This document shows positions 20,621 to 30,422 of a stretch of DNA of 32,000 bases, piece after piece; the first letter of the stretch is position 1, and each line of letters begins with the position of its first letter. The translations under genes were made by a program, and so were the position numbers. The DNA comes from Vibrio cholerae ATCC 14035 (GTDB taxonomy: Bacteria > Pseudomonadota > Gammaproteobacteria > Enterobacterales > Vibrionaceae), in the NCBI RefSeq assembly GCF_000621645.1, contig NZ_JHXR01000016.1, forward strand, positions 74,543 to 106,542. The letters are read 5' to 3'. The notes beneath the pieces are model-generated. The model worked only from the letters and a program-made list of their open reading frames with translations. It made no database searches and had not been told where the DNA came from.

Positions 20621-20654
20621 ATAATATTGCGGTTGGGTGACAATTATATTACAG
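20621..20654 (-). promoter_or_regulatory. Pho-box promoter of pstCAB-phoU
   Basis: The minus strand reads CTGTAAT-ATAA-TTGTCAC (20654->20637), then 10 nt, then TATTAT (-10, 20626->20621). The Pho-box consensus is CTGTCAT-A(A/T)A(T/A)-CTGTCA(C/T). Two weaker 11-bp-phased repeats follow (CCGCAAT, TGACACT). Confidence 0.7.
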
Positions 20655-20702
20655 CTCACAATAAATTACTGAAATCAAAACAACTCTATGACACTAAAGG
20701 CA

Positions 20703-20736
20703 CTGCAATAAAAGTGTCACAAAAATCACTTAGTTT
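20703..20736 (+). promoter_or_regulatory. Pho-box promoter of ppk-ppx
   Basis: The plus strand reads CTGCAAT-AAAA-GTGTCAC (20703-20720), then 10 nt, then TAGTTT (20731-20736) as a weak -10. It lies about 50 nt upstream of the ppk ATG. Confidence 0.6.
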
Positions 20737-20786
20737 GCAGCTCTTTAATGATGAAAACGTCAACTCAAAACGGCATAAGGTAAAGT

Positions 20787-22892
20787 ATGAGTGCTGATAA
20801 GCTGTACATCGACAAGGAACTCAGTTGGCTCTCATTTAACGAGCGCGTACTACAAGAAGCGGCGGATAAAACCGTCCCGCTGATTGAGCGGATTCGTTTT
20901 CTGGGGATATTTTCCAATAACCTCGATGAGTTTTATAAGGTGAGATTTGCTGACGTAAAACGACAAATCTTGATCAATCGAGAACGTGGGGGCAATGATA
21001 TCTCCAAACACCTCCTCTCACGCATGCAAAGCAAAGCCCTCAAACTCAACCAAGACTTCGATAACCTCTACAACGAATTGATTTTAGAAATGGCCAGACG
21101 GCGCATTTTCTTAGTCAACGAAACGCAACTCGATGAAATCCAACTCAAGTGGGTGAAAAAGTATTTCCACAAAGAAGTGCTGCCGCATGTGACCCCTATC
21201 ATGTTGCGTGATGACATTGATGTCATGCAGTTTTTAAAAGACGAATACGCTTACATTGCGGTCGAAATGCGCAGTGGCGATGAATTTAAATACGCGCTGA
21301 TCGAGATCCCAACCGACCAACTGCCACGCTTTGTGATGCTGCCTGAGCAAAAAGGCAAACGGCGCAAAACCATTATTCTGCTCGATAACATTATTCGTCT
21401 CTGTCTGGATGAGATTTTCCGCGGTTTTTACGACTACGATACACTCAACGGTTACGCGATGAAAATGACCCGCGATGCCGAGTATGATTTGCGCCACGAA
21501 GTCGAATACAGCTTGCTTGAGCAGATGTCAGAAGGCTTAAGCCAGCGCTTAACCGCCCTTCCTGTGCGCTTTGTGTATGAGCGTGAAATGCCTGAAGCCA
21601 TGCTCAAATTCTTATGCTATAAGCTGAAAATTTCCCACTATGACAGCTTGATCCCCGGTGGACGTTACCACAATTTTAAAGACTTTATTTCTTTCCCCAA
21701 TGTCGGCCGAGATTATTTAGAAAACAAACCCTTGCCTCCGATGACTTGTGCTGACTTTGAAGGCTATGCCAATGCTTTTGATGCGATTCGCGCGCAAGAT
21801 ATTTTACTGCACTACCCTTATCACAGCTTTGAGCACATGACGGAGCTTGTGCGCCAAGCCTCTTTTGATCCGAAAGTCGTCAGTATCAAAATCAACATTT
21901 ACCGCGTAGCCAAAGACTCCAAATTGATGAACTCGCTGGTCGATGCGGTGCACAACGGCAAACGTGTGGTGGTGGTGGTTGAGCTGCAAGCTCGTTTTGA
22001 TGAAGAGGCCAATATCGAGTGGTCACGCATTCTGACCGATGCGGGCGTACACGTTATTTTCGGTGTGCCGGGAATGAAGATTCACGCCAAGCTCCTGCTT
22101 ATTACCCGTAAAGAAGGGGATGAATTCGTTCGTTACGCGCACATTGGTACCGGCAACTTCCACGAACGTACGGCGCGCATTTACACCGACTTTGCCTTGC
22201 TCACCGCCAACCAAGAGCTCGCCGCCGAAGTCCGTGCCGTATTTGGTTACATCGAAAATCCATTCCGCCCCGTCAAGTTTAACCACCTGATCGTATCGCC
22301 GCGTAACTCACGTACCCAAATTTATCGTTTACTGGATAGTGAAATCGCCAACGCCAAGGCGGGCAAAAAAGCCGCCATCACCCTTAAAGTGAACAATCTC
22401 GTTGATAAGGGATTGATCAATAAGCTGTATGGTGCAAGTGCCGCTGGAGTCAAAATCCGCATGATCATCCGCGGTATGTGCTCTTTAGTCCCCGGAGTGG
22501 AAGGTGTCAGTGACAATATTGAGATCATCAGTATTATTGACCGCTTCCTCGAACACCCTCGCGTGTTAGTGGTACATAATGATGGCAATCCACAGGTCTT
22601 TATCTCATCGGCAGACTGGATGGAGCGCAATATAGATCACCGAATTGAGGTCATGGCTCCAATTCGTGACGAACGACTCAAACAGCGTATCATTGATATC
22701 CTTAATATTCAGTTCATTGATACGGTCAAAGCGCGTCGCATCGACAAAGAGATGAGCAATCAGTACGTAGAGCGCGGTAATCGCAGAAAAGTACGCTCTC
22801 AGATTGCCATTTACGACTATCTTAAGAATGTCGAGAAGCAGACTCGTAAAGCAAAAGGGCAACAAGAAACGAATGACAACAGTAGTCAGTAA
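20787..22892 (+). CDS. ppk: Polyphosphate kinase 1
   Basis: 701-aa [27 protein letters not shown]...[23 protein letters not shown] is nearly identical to the E. coli PPK N-terminus as I recall it. The PLD-like motifs ([15 protein letters not shown]) are present. Confidence 0.97.
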   Translation: MSADKLYIDKELSWLSFNERVLQEAADKTVPLIERIRFLGIFSNNLDEFYKVRFADVKRQILINRERGGNDISKHLLSRMQSKALKLNQDFDNLYNELILEMARRRIFLVNETQLDEIQLKWVKKYFHKEVLPHVTPIMLRDDIDVMQFLKDEYAYIAVEMRSGDEFKYALIEIPTDQLPRFVMLPEQKGKRRKTIILLDNIIRLCLDEIFRGFYDYDTLNGYAMKMTRDAEYDLRHEVEYSLLEQMSEGLSQRLTALPVRFVYEREMPEAMLKFLCYKLKISHYDSLIPGGRYHNFKDFISFPNVGRDYLENKPLPPMTCADFEGYANAFDAIRAQDILLHYPYHSFEHMTELVRQASFDPKVVSIKINIYRVAKDSKLMNSLVDAVHNGKRVVVVVELQARFDEEANIEWSRILTDAGVHVIFGVPGMKIHAKLLLITRKEGDEFVRYAHIGTGNFHERTARIYTDFALLTANQELAAEVRAVFGYIENPFRPVKFNHLIVSPRNSRTQIYRLLDSEIANAKAGKKAAITLKVNNLVDKGLINKLYGASAAGVKIRMIIRGMCSLVPGVEGVSDNIEIISIIDRFLEHPRVLVVHNDGNPQVFISSADWMERNIDHRIEVMAPIRDERLKQRIIDILNIQFIDTVKARRIDKEMSNQYVERGNRRKVRSQIAIYDYLKNVEKQTRKAKGQQETNDNSSQ

Positions 22893-24375
22893 CGCAAGAG
22901 AAATCGCTGCCATTGATCTGGGTTCGAACAGTTTTCATATGGTGGTCGCCAAGGTGGTCGATCAAGATCTCCAATTGATTAGCCGCCATAAGCAGCGTGT
23001 TCGTCTTGCTGCGGGCTTGGATGAACAAAAAAATCTCGATGAAGAGTCGATCCAACGTGGCTTAGAGTGTTTGGCGATGTTCGCAGAACGATTGCAAGGC
23101 TTTGAGCCACGTAATGTCCGTATTGCTGCAACCCACACTCTGCGCCAAGCCAGAAATGCCAATCTGTTTATTCAACGCGCTCTCGACGTGTTGCCTTTTC
23201 CAATTGAAATCATTCCGGGCTCTGAAGAAGCCCGGTTGATTTATCTGGGGGTTGCCCATACCCAACCCCAAGCGGATTCTATGCTGGTAGTGGATATTGG
23301 CGGCGGCAGCACGGAAATGATCATCGGCAAAGGCTTTGAAGCAGAACTGCTCAACAGTAAGCAGATGGGCTGCGTCAACTTTACCGAGCGTTACTTTGCC
23401 AACGGCAAGCTATCACGTAAAAACTTTGCCCAAGCGATTGTCGCCAGTGAGCAAAAATTAGAATCCATTGCCAGCAAATACCGTAAGAAAGGTTGGCAAA
23501 TGGCGTTTGGTTCTTCCGGTACCATCAAAGCGATTCATGAAGTGTTAATCGGGCAAGGTCATGAAGATGGACTCATCACCTTTGAGCGCCTGAGCAAGTT
23601 AATTGAAAAACTCTGCGAATGGGACAGCATTGATGATTTACAACTGCCCGGCTTAACCGATGATCGAAAACCCGTGTTTGCGGCGGGCGTTGCCATTCTT
23701 TCCGCGATCTTTCATGGTTTAAACATCAAAGAGATGCTTTTTTCGGATGGTGCTTTGCGCGAAGGTCTGCTGTATGAGATGGAAGATCGCTTCAAGTATT
23801 CCGATATCCGTTTACGCACGACGGAAAATCTGGCCGCCAAACATCTGGTCGATTTAGAGCATGCAGCCAAAGTCAAAGGTCACGCGCGTGAATTCTTGGC
23901 GCAAGTCGCCAATGAGTTGGGATTACCAGAAGGCAGTGAGCTGTGTGACCTACTCGAATGGGGCGCTCTGCTACATGAAGTGGGGCTGAGCATTAACTTA
24001 CAAGGTTTTCATCGTCACTCCGCGTATATTTTGCGTCATAACAACATGGCAGGTTTCAACAGCGAACAACAACTCGTGCTCTCCAATTTGGCACGTTTCC
24101 AACGTAAATCGCTGAAATTGAATGAGCTGGATGACTTTAGTCTGTTTAAGAAAAAACACATTATTGGCTTAATTCGAGTCCTACGACTGGCGATTGTGGT
24201 TAATAGGCAACGCAACGACGACCCTTTACCACCATTGACCCTATCCGCCAAAGATGATGAGTGGCGATTGGAGTGTGAACAGCCAGATTGGCTGGAAAAC
24301 AATAAGTTGTTGCATGCTGACTTACAAACAGAGCAAGAATACTGGCGTGAAGTCGGCTGGCAACTGCTGTTTTAA
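22873..24375 (+). CDS. ppx: Exopolyphosphatase
   Basis: ORF 22804..24375. The start is placed at ATG 22873 ([28 protein letters not shown]) by length alignment to the E. coli Ppx N-terminus (...[19 protein letters not shown]). This overlaps the ppk 3' end by 20 nt. The start is uncertain: ATG 22828 is also possible and neither has a strong SD. Confidence 0.9.
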   Translation: MTTVVSNAREIAAIDLGSNSFHMVVAKVVDQDLQLISRHKQRVRLAAGLDEQKNLDEESIQRGLECLAMFAERLQGFEPRNVRIAATHTLRQARNANLFIQRALDVLPFPIEIIPGSEEARLIYLGVAHTQPQADSMLVVDIGGGSTEMIIGKGFEAELLNSKQMGCVNFTERYFANGKLSRKNFAQAIVASEQKLESIASKYRKKGWQMAFGSSGTIKAIHEVLIGQGHEDGLITFERLSKLIEKLCEWDSIDDLQLPGLTDDRKPVFAAGVAILSAIFHGLNIKEMLFSDGALREGLLYEMEDRFKYSDIRLRTTENLAAKHLVDLEHAAKVKGHAREFLAQVANELGLPEGSELCDLLEWGALLHEVGLSINLQGFHRHSAYILRHNNMAGFNSEQQLVLSNLARFQRKSLKLNELDDFSLFKKKHIIGLIRVLRLAIVVNRQRNDDPLPPLTLSAKDDEWRLECEQPDWLENNKLLHADLQTEQEYWREVGWQLLF

Positions 24376-24401
24376 GCCAGCCTACTCACTGCAATTCGAT
24401 G

Positions 24402-24431
24402 AAAAACGCCCAACTCAAGTTGGGCGTTTTT
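24402..24431. terminator. Bidirectional rho-independent terminator between the convergent ppx and pstS genes
   Basis: ACGCCCAAC (24406-24414) and GTTGGGCGT (24419-24427) form a perfect 9-bp stem with a 4-nt loop. It is flanked by an A-run (24402-24406) and a T-run (24427-24431). Confidence 0.9.
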
Positions 24432-24442
24432 CATTTCATCAC

Positions 24443-25420
24443 TCAGTCGATGATGGGCTTAACGCCAACTTTGGCTAACTCTTGCTCTGCCACCAGCGCA
24501 GTGATGGGCAAATAGCCATCTTTCGCAACCAAGGCCTGTCCCTGCCGTGAAAACATAAAGCGAATAAATTCGCGCTCAATCGGCGACAAATCTCGGTTAG
24601 GATTTTTATTCACATACACATACAAATAGCGCGATAACGGGTAGGCTCCCGACAGAATATTGGCTTGAGTTGGCTCAACATAGTCATTCCCTTCACGCGC
24701 AATCGGCAGCAGCTTCACCCCAGAAACACGATAACCCACCCCTGAATAACCGAGCGTATTGATTGAAGAGGCAACCGACTGCACCACCGAAGCCGAGCCC
24801 GGCTGCTCATTGACTCGGTTCTGGAAATCCCCTTGGCACAGCGCGTTTTGCTTAAAATAGCCGTAGGTACCGGATACCGAGTTGCGACCAAACAGTTGAA
24901 TATTGCGCTTTGCCCAATCATAAGGCAGACCAAGCTGAGACCAAGTGACAATCGGCTGAGTGGCACCACAGCGCAATGTGGCGGAAAAAATCGCATCCAG
25001 TTGCTGGAAATTCAGCCCCTTGATCGGATTATCTCGATGCACAAAAATCCCGACCGCATCAATCGCCACACGCAATGCCGTTGGCTTGTAGCCGTGCATC
25101 GCTTCAAACGCGGCAATTTCACTGCTGCGCATTGGGCGGCTCATCGGGCCAAACTGCGCCGTGCTTTCTGATAATGCTGGCGGCGCAGTTGCCGAACCTG
25201 AGGCTTGCACTTGCGCATTGACTGCAGGGTAATAGGCTTGAAACTCCTCCACCCACAGCGTAGTCATGCCCGCCAGCGTATCCGAACCGACGGACAATAG
25301 GCTGCCCGAAATACCGCTGACTTTTTCATAGTGTGGCAGCGCTTCATCCAACGCCCAAGCGGTGGATGAAACCAAAACCAATGAACTCAACCAACCAACG
25401 CGACTTAGCATGCGGCTCAT
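24443..25420 (-). CDS. pstS: PstS-family periplasmic phosphate-binding protein
   Basis: 325-aa ORF with a signal peptide ([13 protein letters not shown]). PBP-like-2/PstS motifs are present ([34 protein letters not shown]). Its ATG overlaps the phoR stop (ATGA). Confidence 0.88.
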   Translation of the reverse strand: MSRMLSRVGWLSSLVLVSSTAWALDEALPHYEKVSGISGSLLSVGSDTLAGMTTLWVEEFQAYYPAVNAQVQASGSATAPPALSESTAQFGPMSRPMRSSEIAAFEAMHGYKPTALRVAIDAVGIFVHRDNPIKGLNFQQLDAIFSATLRCGATQPIVTWSQLGLPYDWAKRNIQLFGRNSVSGTYGYFKQNALCQGDFQNRVNEQPGSASVVQSVASSINTLGYSGVGYRVSGVKLLPIAREGNDYVEPTQANILSGAYPLSRYLYVYVNKNPNRDLSPIEREFIRFMFSRQGQALVAKDGYLPITALVAEQELAKVGVKPIID

Positions 25421-26718
25421 CCTTTCGCCACCAACCGCTTAGGTAAAACAAACGAAAACTTACTGCCGACACCGACTTTACTGTAGATATCCAAATGCGT
25501 GTCATGGTGTGCAAGTGCGTGTTTCACGATCGCGAGTCCCAAACCACTACCGCCCGTATCACGAGAGCGGGCTTTATCGACGCGATAGAAACGCTCCGTT
25601 AAACGGTGTAAGTGTTGCGGCTCGATCCCCTCGCCTTTATCTTCCACTTCGAGGCAAGCGCCTTTGCCAGTGCGATACCAACGCACATCAATTTGCGCGC
25701 CCGGCGGGGTATATTTAACCGCGTTGTACACCAGATTCGAAATCGCGCTGCGCAGCTGATCTTCATCCGCCAGCACCTTAAGGCTCTTATCCACCTCAAA
25801 ATGCAGCTTATGCAGCGCCTCACCACTGAGGCTCACTGCTTCTTTTTCTAACACTTCCAACATGGCTGGCACATCGACCACTTGATCGAGTTCGACCATC
25901 GGTGATGCTTCTATTTTCGAGAGCGTCAGCAGTTGGTTCACCAAGCTATTCATCCGGTTGAGCTGCTCGGTCATCACACCATGGGCTTTACTCCACATCG
26001 GGCCCGCGAGCACATCCGGATCTTCTGTCATTTCCAGATAACCTTGCAGCACCGTCATCGGTGTACGCAGTTCATGGGAAACGTTAGCAAAGAAATTACG
26101 GCGCATGCCTTCGAGCTGTTTAAGCTGAGTGACATCACGCACCACCATCAGGTGTTCACCTTCGGTGTACGGCACTATCCGCAGTTCCAGCATGCGATCA
26201 CTATTGAGCGGCGAACGCATTTCGAGCGGATCAGTAAAATCATCTTTTTTGAGGTATTTGATAAAGTCCGGCGTACGCAGCAGGTTCGAGATAGGCTGCC
26301 CAGCATCGTCAGGCCAACGAAAACCCAGCAAATGCTGCGCAAGGCGGTTACACCACACGATATTGCCTTCGCTGCGAAACACCACCACCGCATCGGGGAG
26401 CGATTCCGCACCATTACGGAAACGGCGAATAAGATTAGTCAGTTCTTTGCGTTTTTTACGATGGCGCTGCTGCAAGCGATAAATGCCATTGAACAGCGAC
26501 TCCCAATTCCCCGTTCCAGAAGGTGGGGTGAGACGTTTTTCATCCCACAACCAAGCGGAAAGGCGAATTTGATGGTTCAAATGCCAGAAAAGCTGCAAAG
26601 CCGTCGCTGCCAACAGCAGCCACGGCATACTTCCGAAAATCCATCCCACCACAACCCATGGCAAGTAAAAAAAAGCCAGCTCCCAAGCCAGCTTTTTCCA
26701 TGTTAAACGTTCAACCAT
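25417..26718 (-). CDS. phoR: Phosphate regulon sensor histidine kinase PhoR
   Basis: 433-aa ORF co-linear with E. coli PhoR. Matching segments include [10 protein letters not shown], the H-box [22 protein letters not shown], and the G-boxes DKGEGI and [12 protein letters not shown]. Confidence 0.97.
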   Translation of the reverse strand: MVERLTWKKLAWELAFFYLPWVVVGWIFGSMPWLLLAATALQLFWHLNHQIRLSAWLWDEKRLTPPSGTGNWESLFNGIYRLQQRHRKKRKELTNLIRRFRNGAESLPDAVVVFRSEGNIVWCNRLAQHLLGFRWPDDAGQPISNLLRTPDFIKYLKKDDFTDPLEMRSPLNSDRMLELRIVPYTEGEHLMVVRDVTQLKQLEGMRRNFFANVSHELRTPMTVLQGYLEMTEDPDVLAGPMWSKAHGVMTEQLNRMNSLVNQLLTLSKIEASPMVELDQVVDVPAMLEVLEKEAVSLSGEALHKLHFEVDKSLKVLADEDQLRSAISNLVYNAVKYTPPGAQIDVRWYRTGKGACLEVEDKGEGIEPQHLHRLTERFYRVDKARSRDTGGSGLGLAIVKHALAHHDTHLDIYSKVGVGSKFSFVLPKRLVAKG

Positions 26719-26739
26719 ACTGATTTGTTCTACACCCTC

Positions 26740-27429
26740 TTAGGCTTTGGTTGAAAAACGATACCCCGCGCCGCGCACCGTCTGGATCAGCTTATCATGT
26801 CCAGCGTCTTCTAAGGCTTTACGTAGACGACGAATGTGGACGTCTACCGTGCGATCTTCCACATACACGTTGGTGCCCCAAACATTATTGAGTAGCTGCT
26901 CGCGGCTATACACACGCTCTTGGTGTGTCATGAAGAAGTGTAACATCTTGAACTCAGTCGGTCCCATATCCAACGGCTGATCGTTAGCGGTCACACGGTG
27001 TGAGACCGGATCTAACTTCAAACCTTGAACATCAATCACATCCTCCAACGCCGTCGGAGTGACACGGCGGATCACCGCTTTTAAACGGGCAACCAACTCT
27101 TTAGGTGAAAACGGTTTGGTAATGTAATCATCCGCGCCCACTTCTAAGCCGCGAACTTTATCTTCTTCTTCACCACGGGCGGTGAGCATCACAACAGGAA
27201 TGTTGCGCGTCATCTCTTCGCGCTTCATATGCTTGATGAGGTTGATGCCACTACCACCAGGCAACATCCAGTCAAGCAGGACGAGATCAGGAAAAGGCTC
27301 AGCCAGCTTACTCATCGCCGAATCATAATCTTCAGCCTCAACCGCCTGATAGCCCTTTTGTTCAAGCACGAAACACAACATTTCACGAATCGGTGCTTCG
27401 TCTTCAACAACCAGAATCCTTCTAGACAT
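26740..27429 (-). CDS. phoB: Phosphate regulon response regulator PhoB
   Basis: 229-aa ORF. It begins [17 protein letters not shown], has the [11 protein letters not shown] receiver, and carries an OmpR/PhoB winged-helix C-terminus ([12 protein letters not shown]...[11 protein letters not shown]). It is followed by phoR. Confidence 0.97.
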   Translation of the reverse strand: MSRRILVVEDEAPIREMLCFVLEQKGYQAVEAEDYDSAMSKLAEPFPDLVLLDWMLPGGSGINLIKHMKREEMTRNIPVVMLTARGEEEDKVRGLEVGADDYITKPFSPKELVARLKAVIRRVTPTALEDVIDVQGLKLDPVSHRVTANDQPLDMGPTEFKMLHFFMTHQERVYSREQLLNNVWGTNVYVEDRTVDVHIRRLRKALEDAGHDKLIQTVRGAGYRFSTKA

Positions 27430-27464
27430 AATTGATTAACCTTTGTTTTTCACCAACGCCATGC

Positions 27465-27498
27465 ATTATGGGAAATGTTTATGACACTTTTGTGACCT
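27465..27498 (-). promoter_or_regulatory. Pho-box promoter of phoB-phoR-pstS
   Basis: The minus strand reads AGGTCAC-AAAA-GTGTCAT (27498->27481), then 10 nt (AAACATTTCC), then CATAAT (27470->27465). The E. coli phoB promoter has the same layout as I recall it (...CTGTCAT-AAATCTGACG-CATAAT). Confidence 0.7.
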
Positions 27499-27665
27499 TT
27501 GCAAACAAATTTTCATATAAGGTTCAGGCGAAATTCATATATCCAAACCTCTTAAGCAAAGCAAAGTAACAACTGGAAGATGTGCCTCTTTTTTTGCATT
27601 CGGGGTAAGACATTCTCAGCATCTTCCCCTATCATGTCTGGCTTTCTAACCAAGGGAAAACAACA

Positions 27666-28580
27666 ATGTGGTTTAAAAACTGTATGGTGTATCGCGTTAA
27701 TCGCGAGGTTAACTTCAATGCCGATCAGCTGGAAAAACAGCTGGCCGAATTTCGTTTTACGCCTTGCGGCAGTCAAGATAAACAGAAGTTTGGCTGGGTT
27801 TCCGCACTGGGTAAACACGGCGACATGATGACCCACGTCAGTGAAAACCGCATTTTAGTCTGCGCGAAACGTGAAGAAAAAATGCTCCCCGCTTCGGTGA
27901 TCAAAGATTCGCTCAATGCCAAAGTCGAAGCGATGGAAGCCGAAGAAGGCCGCCCACTGAAGAAAAAAGAAAAAGACGCGCTGAAAGAAGACATCGTCAT
28001 CGATTTACTGCCACGCGCCTTCAGCAAAAGCCAACTCACGTTTGTGCTGATCATGCCAACCGAAGGCTTAATTCTAGTCGATGCAGGCAGCTACAAAAAA
28101 GCCGAAGATGTGCTCTCGCTACTGCGTAAAACCATGGGTAGTCTACCGGTGGTGCCTGCTATTCCTGAAATAGCGGTCGAAACGACGCTGACGCAATGGG
28201 TGAAAGATGGCAATCTGCCCCAAGGCTTTAGCCTGATGGAAGAAGCGGAGCTCAAATCGTTACTCGATGATGGAGCCACCATTCGCTGCAAAAAACAAGA
28301 GCTGAGCAGCGATGAAATCCTGAGCCACATTCAAGCCAATAAAGTGGTCACCAAGCTGGCGATCAACTGGCAAGACCGAATTCGTTTTGTCCTCGCGGAA
28401 GATTGCAGCATCAAGCGCCTAGCGTACAGCGATGAACTTAAAGAGCAGAATGATGACATCCCACACGAAGATCGCGCAGCCCGTCTTGATGCCGATTTCT
28501 CCCTGTTGTGCGGAGAAATGTCGGTTTTCCTGCCGGATCTATTCAATGCATTAGGTGGCCTGCCTCACCCTGAAGCCTAA
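27666..28580 (+). CDS. rdgC: Recombination-associated protein RdgC
   Basis: 304-aa [17 protein letters not shown]...[15 protein letters not shown]...[16 protein letters not shown] is co-linear with E. coli RdgC. Confidence 0.95.
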   Translation: MWFKNCMVYRVNREVNFNADQLEKQLAEFRFTPCGSQDKQKFGWVSALGKHGDMMTHVSENRILVCAKREEKMLPASVIKDSLNAKVEAMEAEEGRPLKKKEKDALKEDIVIDLLPRAFSKSQLTFVLIMPTEGLILVDAGSYKKAEDVLSLLRKTMGSLPVVPAIPEIAVETTLTQWVKDGNLPQGFSLMEEAELKSLLDDGATIRCKKQELSSDEILSHIQANKVVTKLAINWQDRIRFVLAEDCSIKRLAYSDELKEQNDDIPHEDRAARLDADFSLLCGEMSVFLPDLFNALGGLPHPEA

Positions 28581-28594
28581 TCGTGGACTCAATT

Positions 28595-28623
28595 TCACCA
28601 CCTCGGCGTAAATGAGGTGGTGA
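28595..28623 (+). terminator. Strong hairpin after rdgC (probable terminator, weak U-tract)
   Basis: TCACCACCTC (28595-28604) and GAGGTGGTGA (28614-28623) form a perfect 10-bp stem with a 9-nt loop, 15 nt after the rdgC stop. GAGTTTC follows. Confidence 0.45.
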
Positions 28624-28730
28624 GAGTTTCACTATGCAGAGTAGGGTTTTTGACGTAAAATTTGCGCCCTTTCCAATACCATCAGGTGGTATTGGCCTGA
28701 CTTGAGATCAGATTGTAAGAGAAGCAAGCA

Positions 28731-30131
28731 ATGACAACGCCAAAAACCTTTGTTCCAGAACTCCTTTCACCTGCGGGTAGCCTGAAGAATATGCGCTACG
28801 CTTTTGCCTACGGGGCAGATGCGGTATATGCCGGCCAACCTCGTTACAGCCTGCGCGTACGTAACAATGAGTTCAACCACGAAAACCTACAAATCGGCAT
28901 TAATGAAGCCCACGCACTGGGTAAAAAATTCTATGTGGTGTGTAACATTCAGCCGCACAACTCTAAGCTGAAAACCTTCATCCGTGACCTTAAGCCGGTG
29001 ATTGATATGGGGCCGGATGCGCTCATCATGTCTGACCCTGGCCTTATCATGATGGTTCGTGAAGAATTCCCGCACATGCCGATCCACCTGTCGGTACAAG
29101 CGAATGCGGTGAACTGGGCAACCGTGAAATTCTGGGCTTCACAAGGCGTTGAGCGTGTGATTGTTTCTCGTGAGCTCTCTTTAGAAGAAATCGAAGAGAT
29201 CCGCGAAAAATGCCCGAATACCGAAATTGAAGTGTTCGTGCATGGCGCTCTATGTATGGCTTATTCCGGTCGTTGCTTGCTGTCTGGTTACATCAACAAG
29301 CGCGATCCAAACCAAGGTACTTGCACTAACGCATGCCGTTGGGAATACAAAGTTGAAGCAGCAAAAGAAGATGAAGCAGGTCAGATCGTTGAACAGTTTG
29401 ACCCTAATGCAGCACAAGCCATCGAAGTTCAAAATGAACGTCCAGACACCACCATCGGGGCCGGCAAACCGATTGATGATGTCGTACTGCTTTCTGAGAG
29501 CCATCGTCCTGATGAGAAAATGGCCGCCTTTGAAGATGAGCACGGCACCTACATCATGAACTCCAAAGATCTGCGTGCAGTACAGCATGTTGAGCGCCTA
29601 ACTCAAATGGGTGTGCACTCACTGAAAATCGAAGGCCGTACCAAATCTTTCTACTACTGCGCACGTACCGCGCAAGTGTACCGTAAAGCGATTGATGATG
29701 CGGTAGCGGGCAAGCCATTCGATGATAGCCTGATGACTACCCTAGAAAGCTTGGCGCACCGTGGCTATACCGAAGGTTTCTTACGTCGCCATACGCACGA
29801 TGCTTACCAAAACTACGACTACGGCTACTCGGTTTCCGACACTCAACAGTTTGTCGGTGAATTTACCGGTAAACGCCGCGGCGCAATGGCCGAAGTGGAA
29901 GTAAAGAACAAATTTGTGCTCGGCGATAGCCTTGAGCTGATGACGCCAAAAGGCAATGTCATCTTCACTTTAGAAGCGATGGAAAACCGCAAAGGTGAAG
30001 CAACAGATGATGCCAAAGGCAACGGTCACTTTGTTTACATTCCAGTTCCGGAAGAGTTGGATCTCAGCTACGCACTGCTGATGCGTAACCTAGTGCAAGG
30101 GCAGGATACCCGTAACCCAACAGGCAAGTAA
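28731..30131 (+). CDS. yegQ: Peptidase U32-family protein YegQ (TrhP-type tRNA U34 hydroxylation factor)
   Basis: 466-aa ORF. PELLSPAGSLKNMRYAFAYGADAVYAGQPRYSLRVRNNEFNHENL and GALCMAYSGRCLLSGYINKRDPNQGTCTNACRWEY are nearly identical to E. coli YegQ as I recall it. Confidence 0.93.
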   Translation: MTTPKTFVPELLSPAGSLKNMRYAFAYGADAVYAGQPRYSLRVRNNEFNHENLQIGINEAHALGKKFYVVCNIQPHNSKLKTFIRDLKPVIDMGPDALIMSDPGLIMMVREEFPHMPIHLSVQANAVNWATVKFWASQGVERVIVSRELSLEEIEEIREKCPNTEIEVFVHGALCMAYSGRCLLSGYINKRDPNQGTCTNACRWEYKVEAAKEDEAGQIVEQFDPNAAQAIEVQNERPDTTIGAGKPIDDVVLLSESHRPDEKMAAFEDEHGTYIMNSKDLRAVQHVERLTQMGVHSLKIEGRTKSFYYCARTAQVYRKAIDDAVAGKPFDDSLMTTLESLAHRGYTEGFLRRHTHDAYQNYDYGYSVSDTQQFVGEFTGKRRGAMAEVEVKNKFVLGDSLELMTPKGNVIFTLEAMENRKGEATDDAKGNGHFVYIPVPEELDLSYALLMRNLVQGQDTRNPTGK

Positions 30132-30133
30132 TT

Positions 30134-30388
30134 ATGGCGCTACTGATTACCGCCAAATGCACCAACTGTGATATGTGTGAGCCAGAGTGCCCAAACAGTG
30201 CGATTTCAATGGGCGATAAGATCTATGAGATCAATCCCGATTTATGCACTGAATGTAAGGGGCATTATGACAAACCGACGTGTCAGTCGGTTTGTCCCAT
30301 CAGCAACTGCATCATCACCGATCCTGCCCATCGCGAAACCGAAGAGCAACTACTCGAAAAGTTCGTGGTAATTCAAGGGCTCGCGTAA
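30134..30388 (+). CDS. yfhL: YfhL-family 2x[4Fe-4S] ferredoxin
   Basis: 84-aa ORF. MALLITAKCTNCDMCEPECPNSAISMGDKIYEINPDLCTECKGHYDKPTCQSVCP has two CxxCxxCxxxCP-type cluster motifs. It is nearly identical to E. coli YfhL as I recall it. It starts 2 nt after the yegQ stop. Confidence 0.92.
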   Translation: MALLITAKCTNCDMCEPECPNSAISMGDKIYEINPDLCTECKGHYDKPTCQSVCPISNCIITDPAHRETEEQLLEKFVVIQGLA

Positions 30389-30392
30389 ATCG

Positions 30393-30421
30393 AAAATCCC
30401 AGCCAAGTGCTGGGATTCTTT
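30393..30421. terminator. Bidirectional terminator between the convergent yfhL and nfsA genes
   Basis: AATCCCAGC (30395-30403) and GCTGGGATT (30409-30417) form a perfect 9-bp stem with a 5-nt loop. T-rich sequence follows on both strands. Confidence 0.8.
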
Positions 30422-30422
30422 A

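Noticed and set aside
20591-20797. A 68-aa plus-strand ORF that spans the pstC/ppk intergenic region.
   Set aside because: It covers the Pho boxes and -10 elements of both divergent promoters and ends inside ppk. The region is regulatory, not coding.
25933-26706. A 257-aa ORF on the plus strand.
   Set aside because: It lies entirely antisense to phoR. Its composition is His/Arg/Gln-rich and low in complexity, which is typical of a shadow frame. It has no SD and no recognisable domain.
27575-27627. An 8-bp inverted repeat, GGAAGATG...CATCTTCC, separated by 37 nt upstream of rdgC, together with two overlapping small ORFs (27552-27836 minus, 27580-27828 plus).
   Set aside because: The loop is long and the predicted stability is weak. 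The ORFs overlap the rdgC start and have no SD. This is probably just the rdgC promoter and leader region.
28673-28695. A perfect 9-bp hairpin, CCAATACCA-TCAGG-TGGTATTGG, 35 nt upstream of yegQ.
   Set aside because: It is real in the sequence, but it has no U-tract, no overlap with the SD, and no recognisable motif. That is too little to call it a regulatory element, so it is only mentioned under the yegQ-yfhL finding.
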